Below, piece by piece: positions 56,537-59,819 of a stretch of DNA of 59,819 bases (within the stretch, counting starts at the first letter, position 1; each line of letters begins with the position of its first letter). The stretch lies in IMG/VR virus record IMGVR_UViG_3300033149_006677, positions 1 through 59,819 of that record; one strand, written 5' to 3'. Origin of the DNA: a virus. Lineage: Duplodnaviria; Caudoviricetes. The notes beneath the pieces were generated by a model. That model was not told where the DNA came from. It saw only the letters and a program-made list of their open reading frames with translations, and ran no database searches. A program made the position numbers and the translations under genes.

Positions 56537-56803
56537 TTAGATTAGCCCCAAGATCAATGGCCAAGCCGGATAGCCATGTGGGCAATGGCCATCCGGTTCT
56601 ACCCAGCATCCGTCCGGCGTTTCGCAAACGCCATCCATCATTTGCTCCACCATGTCGTCGAAGCTCGGGACATCATGGAGCTCCCAGAACCCATTGTGTT
56701 TCTCTGCTAGATGGTCCCTCTTCTCTTTGGGGATAGATGCCTTGTAGGCTCTACCATCTAGCAGGCCGTCGGAAGAGATGTGGAAAAACACGTATGCTTT
56801 CAC
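56537..56803 (-). CDS. Small Cys/His protein
   Basis: CE..DGC.VEPDG.CPHG...LGLI. Confidence 0.7.
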   Translation of the reverse strand: MKAYVFFHISSDGLLDGRAYKASIPKEKRDHLAEKHNGFWELHDVPSFDDMVEQMMDGVCETPDGCWVEPDGHCPHGYPAWPLILGLI

Positions 56804-57108
56804 AATGCTACCCCCTTGTGGATCATGACGTAGGTCCATGGCCAGTTTACGGACATGGCCCACTCATAGAATTTAGCACTAGCGTAGGCTAATGCTACCG
56901 ACAATTTGACATTGTCGCGCTCAAGTATCGCAGATGCTATCTTGAGGGCGACATCAGCAGCGCGAGGATCAAACTCGTAGAACGATGCGATAGCGCTGAA
57001 AGCATCGCTAACTGCGCTATCGTCCTCGAGATTGTGCATAGCCTCTGTAATCTTGTCACAGACACTCATGGCTTCCTCGCTGTACAGGATCATCGCTTTT
57101 CTGTTCAT
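56800..57108 (-). CDS. Hypothetical protein, paralog of 57120-57383
   Basis: AF...ASFY...ALKIA.AI. Confidence 0.7.
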   Translation of the reverse strand: MNRKAMILYSEEAMSVCDKITEAMHNLEDDSAVSDAFSAIASFYEFDPRAADVALKIASAILERDNVKLSVALAYASAKFYEWAMSVNWPWTYVMIHKGVAL

Positions 57109-57119
57109 TTTGCTCCTTT

Positions 57120-57383
57120 CTAGACAATGGTCCACTCTAGGAAACATTCTTTGGCTTGCTGGAGTGCATCCTCCAGCAAGCCTCGATCGCCCTTCCGTAT
57201 GGCATCGGCTATCTTCAGCGCGATGCCGAGTGCGGAATGCTCGTAGCAATAGAAAGATGCTACAGAGCAGAAAGCACAATCCACGAAAGCGTGATTGTCG
57301 CTGTGCGCGATTGCTTGCTCGATATCATCGAGAGCAACCGCTGCATCCCGAAAATAGTTCAGCCAATTCTTTTGTTCAGCCAT
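57120..57383 (-). CDS. Hypothetical protein, paralog of 56800-57108
   Basis: Same motif. Confidence 0.7.
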   Translation of the reverse strand: MAEQKNWLNYFRDAAVALDDIEQAIAHSDNHAFVDCAFCSVASFYCYEHSALGIALKIADAIRKGDRGLLEDALQQAKECFLEWTIV

Positions 57384-58113
57384 GGTTTATCTCCTTTGCA
57401 ATTTCTGTTTTGATAAGGATTGGCTTACACTTGAATGAGTGTGCCAACGCATTTGCAAGGCTCGTCTCATGGCCAGGCCAGACGTATAGCAGATGCTCCG
57501 AGGGCGCACAGATGACACGAGGACAATTAGGAATGGTTACGTATTCTCCTTGGATGCGAATATCGGGGTACCACTTCTTTAATTCCTCAAAGCTCAAGAT
57601 GAATTCTGAGGAGAGAATGGTGTCGACAGCGCAGATCTTTTTTGCGAAGCAAACCATTTCGTACTCGCTGACATCAAACGCCCAAGCCAATGACTGATAC
57701 TCATTGGCAAGCTCAAGCGAATGCTCTGCCAGGAGTCGAATGGCCCGCTCGGAGCATTCGAGAGTGCCGAACGATGCCTTGTCGACGCCAATTATGTCGT
57801 CGCCGATGGCTCGCGCAGCGTCTCGGCAGATTGGCAAGCCAAGCGGATCTGCCTTGGTTCCTACCCATGCTTCAAAGACTGGTGCTAATCGGTACACACA
57901 CCAGACATCATCATCTGGTGAGCGCGTCCAAATGGCAGCCAGTCGAGCTTCTGCATTGTACCCGACGACTGATCGGTGCAGCCAAGCACGATCTTCTAGC
58001 TCGTCTACATTAGTCTCTTTGGGATGATGCAGAAGCCTCTTGGTGACAAATTCGCCATAGGTGCGGTACATCGCACTACCGAACCGTGGATTGCGGACCT
58101 TGTAGCATTGCAT
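57376..58113 (-). CDS. Hypothetical protein, paralog of 58177-58911
   Basis: MQ.Y.V, R.AP...AWV, G.D, EEL.KW, P.EH.L, KP.L. Confidence 0.75.
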   Translation of the reverse strand: MQCYKVRNPRFGSAMYRTYGEFVTKRLLHHPKETNVDELEDRAWLHRSVVGYNAEARLAAIWTRSPDDDVWCVYRLAPVFEAWVGTKADPLGLPICRDAARAIGDDIIGVDKASFGTLECSERAIRLLAEHSLELANEYQSLAWAFDVSEYEMVCFAKKICAVDTILSSEFILSFEELKKWYPDIRIQGEYVTIPNCPRVICAPSEHLLYVWPGHETSLANALAHSFKCKPILIKTEIAKEINHG

Positions 58114-58176
58114 AGTGTACCTCCAAGATTGTTGCTAGAGGGAATGAGCGATAAGCGCCCATTCCCCAGGGCGGAC

Positions 58177-58911
58177 TCATTTGACAACGAGCAGAACAGG
58201 CTTCATGCCGAACTGCTCTGTGATGAGGTCACGCAGATTGCGTGACTCGTGAGCATGAAGCTCAAGCCTGTGCTCATCTGGCGTGTAGACAATTCGTCTA
58301 TATGAGCATGTCGTATAGACGTATGAATTGTCTTCACGGACTAGCTCAGCGAATGGGTAGCCAGGCCGAATGTATCGGTCCTCGTCCATCCACTTTGCTA
58401 ATTCCTCCAAGGTCTCTACATTCTTCGTTCCTTCTGGATTGTGGAGAAGAAACTTGAACAATGCTAGAACTTTGTCGTCATCTACTAGCCCTTCCCATAC
58501 CCATGCTGTATGGGAGAGGGTGATGGCCGCGACAAGAATGTCATGAGCTAGACGCTTGCGAGCATTCTCACCTTTCTTGGCATTGGTGTAGACAGGCTCA
58601 TCTATACCAACCACATGCCCGCCAAGCTGCCATGCGGCGAACTTGGCGACCATTGAGTTTGCCGCCAGCACCCATGCGTCTAGCATAGGTGCAATGCGGA
58701 GGGCGGCACGAATTGGAGTACCGTCAACATCTACGGAGAATAGTGCAATGCCAGCCTTCCAGTCGTAGCGGACATCATCTACCAGGACTCTTAGAATGTC
58801 GTCGTCCTGGTAGTCCGAGGCGAACCATTGGAGTCGCCTCGCCATTGTCTTCCCTACGAGATGACGCATAGCCATCTCGTAGCGGAAACCATCTACCCGA
58901 TACCACTGCAT
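58177..58911 (-). CDS. Hypothetical protein, paralog of 57376-58113
   Basis: Same motifs; GGAGGTG RBS. Confidence 0.75.
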   Translation of the reverse strand: MQWYRVDGFRYEMAMRHLVGKTMARRLQWFASDYQDDDILRVLVDDVRYDWKAGIALFSVDVDGTPIRAALRIAPMLDAWVLAANSMVAKFAAWQLGGHVVGIDEPVYTNAKKGENARKRLAHDILVAAITLSHTAWVWEGLVDDDKVLALFKFLLHNPEGTKNVETLEELAKWMDEDRYIRPGYPFAELVREDNSYVYTTCSYRRIVYTPDEHRLELHAHESRNLRDLITEQFGMKPVLLVVK

Positions 58912-59120
58912 GTCACACCTCCCGTGGACATTGTGACCAAGAGCACCATGGCCTTCTCTTGGTCATTAGAATATAAAAACAATCCGCAGTCCACGGCGCC
59001 ACATGAGCACCAAGACTGCGGATGCCATAGCCAGCCACAGAGACATCGTTGTCTCTCGTTATCATTATTCTTTTTTCTGAAATGTCGTGGGAGCTCATAA
59101 TGCCTCCCAGAGAGTTATCA

Positions 59121-59193
59121 TGTCGCCAGCGGGACTCGAACCCGCATTCTGGCCTTGAAAGGGCCATGTCCTATCCAGTTAGACGATGGCGAC
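59121..59193 (-). tRNA. tRNA-Glu (anticodon UUC), no encoded CCA
   Basis: GTCGCCA/TGGCGAC acceptor stem, TGGCC-CTTTCAA-GGCCA anticodon arm, GCGGG-TTCGAGT-CCCGC T arm. Confidence 0.93.
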
Positions 59194-59201
59194 GGCAGAG
59201 C

Positions 59202-59474
59202 TCATTTCTCTATATCATACATGTCGCATATTTCATCTAATCGCTTTAGTGCAGCCATGATAGCAGTTGGACGATTGGGAAACGGACCCATGATGCTATC
59301 GTGCCAATGGCCGTAGTCGATAACACCATGGAGAAGGACCTTCCAGCCATCCCTTTCACACCAGACAGTTGCTTGAATGCCTGGCTGACAGACCATGCCA
59401 AGCACTTCGGAGAAATGCATAGCTGGCCCTTGGGATGTGAGCGTGAAGACCTCAATTCCGACTCTGGGGTTCAT
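59202..59474 (-). CDS. Hypothetical protein, paralog of 56213-56524
   Basis: AGGAGG RBS. Confidence 0.65.
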   Translation of the reverse strand: MNPRVGIEVFTLTSQGPAMHFSEVLGMVCQPGIQATVWCERDGWKVLLHGVIDYGHWHDSIMGPFPNRPTAIMAALKRLDEICDMYDIEK

Positions 59475-59705
59475 GTTGCCTCCTGTAGTAAATTGCAAAA
59501 GCTCTAAGCTCATCGAGCTTTTGTCACATGCTGTAGCTCTGAGCATTCGGGATGTGGGATGCGACACAGGATAGTAAATGCTCAAAGCTCTCCAGGAATG
59601 CCGCTTTTCCCCCATGAGGCTCTATCCCAGAATGCCCCAGGATGAGCCTCATGGATAGGAATGGGGGAACATGAAGCTGGGGCGCCTCATCCGTTATGTC
59701 AAGTT

Positions 59706-59819
59706 ACATTATGTCAACTGAACATATGTTCTATAGAACAGGCGTTCTATTGACATAATAGTGGAACAAATGTTCTATTGACATAACGCATTCGAACATA
59801 TGTTCTAAATGGCCCTAGC
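59706..59819. repeat. Direct terminal repeat, right copy
   Basis: Identical to 1-114. Confidence 0.95.

Noticed and set aside
58913-59167. 84-aa minus-strand ORF
   Set aside because: Starts inside the tRNA and runs across hairpins; no RBS

Overview
Apparently complete ~59.7 kb tailed dsDNA phage genome (siphovirus-like). Bases 1-114 are repeated exactly at 59706-59819. Layout: a protein-binding-site array and a compositionally odd leader (1-1560); leftward early genes (184-4232 and 52179-59474, including an Rnl1-type RNA ligase and tRNA-Glu(UUC)); rightward packaging/head/tail genes (4518-31902) interrupted by a glycosyltransferase/radical-SAM cluster; a Ro60/TROVE gene with two adjacent Y-RNA-like ncRNAs (33205-35341); a replication module (primase, iteron-containing initiator, DnaB, ERF, DnaN, SSB); and accessory genes with three Dam-like methyltransferases. 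I see no integrase, DNA polymerase or RNA polymerase, and transcription appears to use near-consensus sigma70 promoters. GAAC-N4-GTTC LexA boxes suggest a Chloroflexota or Gram-positive host (inference). Best candidate novel system: Ro60 plus two promoter-driven, metazoan-like Y RNAs, one carrying a 3' tail complementary to the translation-initiation regions of the phage's own early genes, i.e. a possible Ro60-tethered multi-target antisense guide. Second candidate: a terminal array of five LexA boxes interleaved with XerD-arm-like motifs. All calls come from reading the sequence by eye; no searches or folding programs were run.
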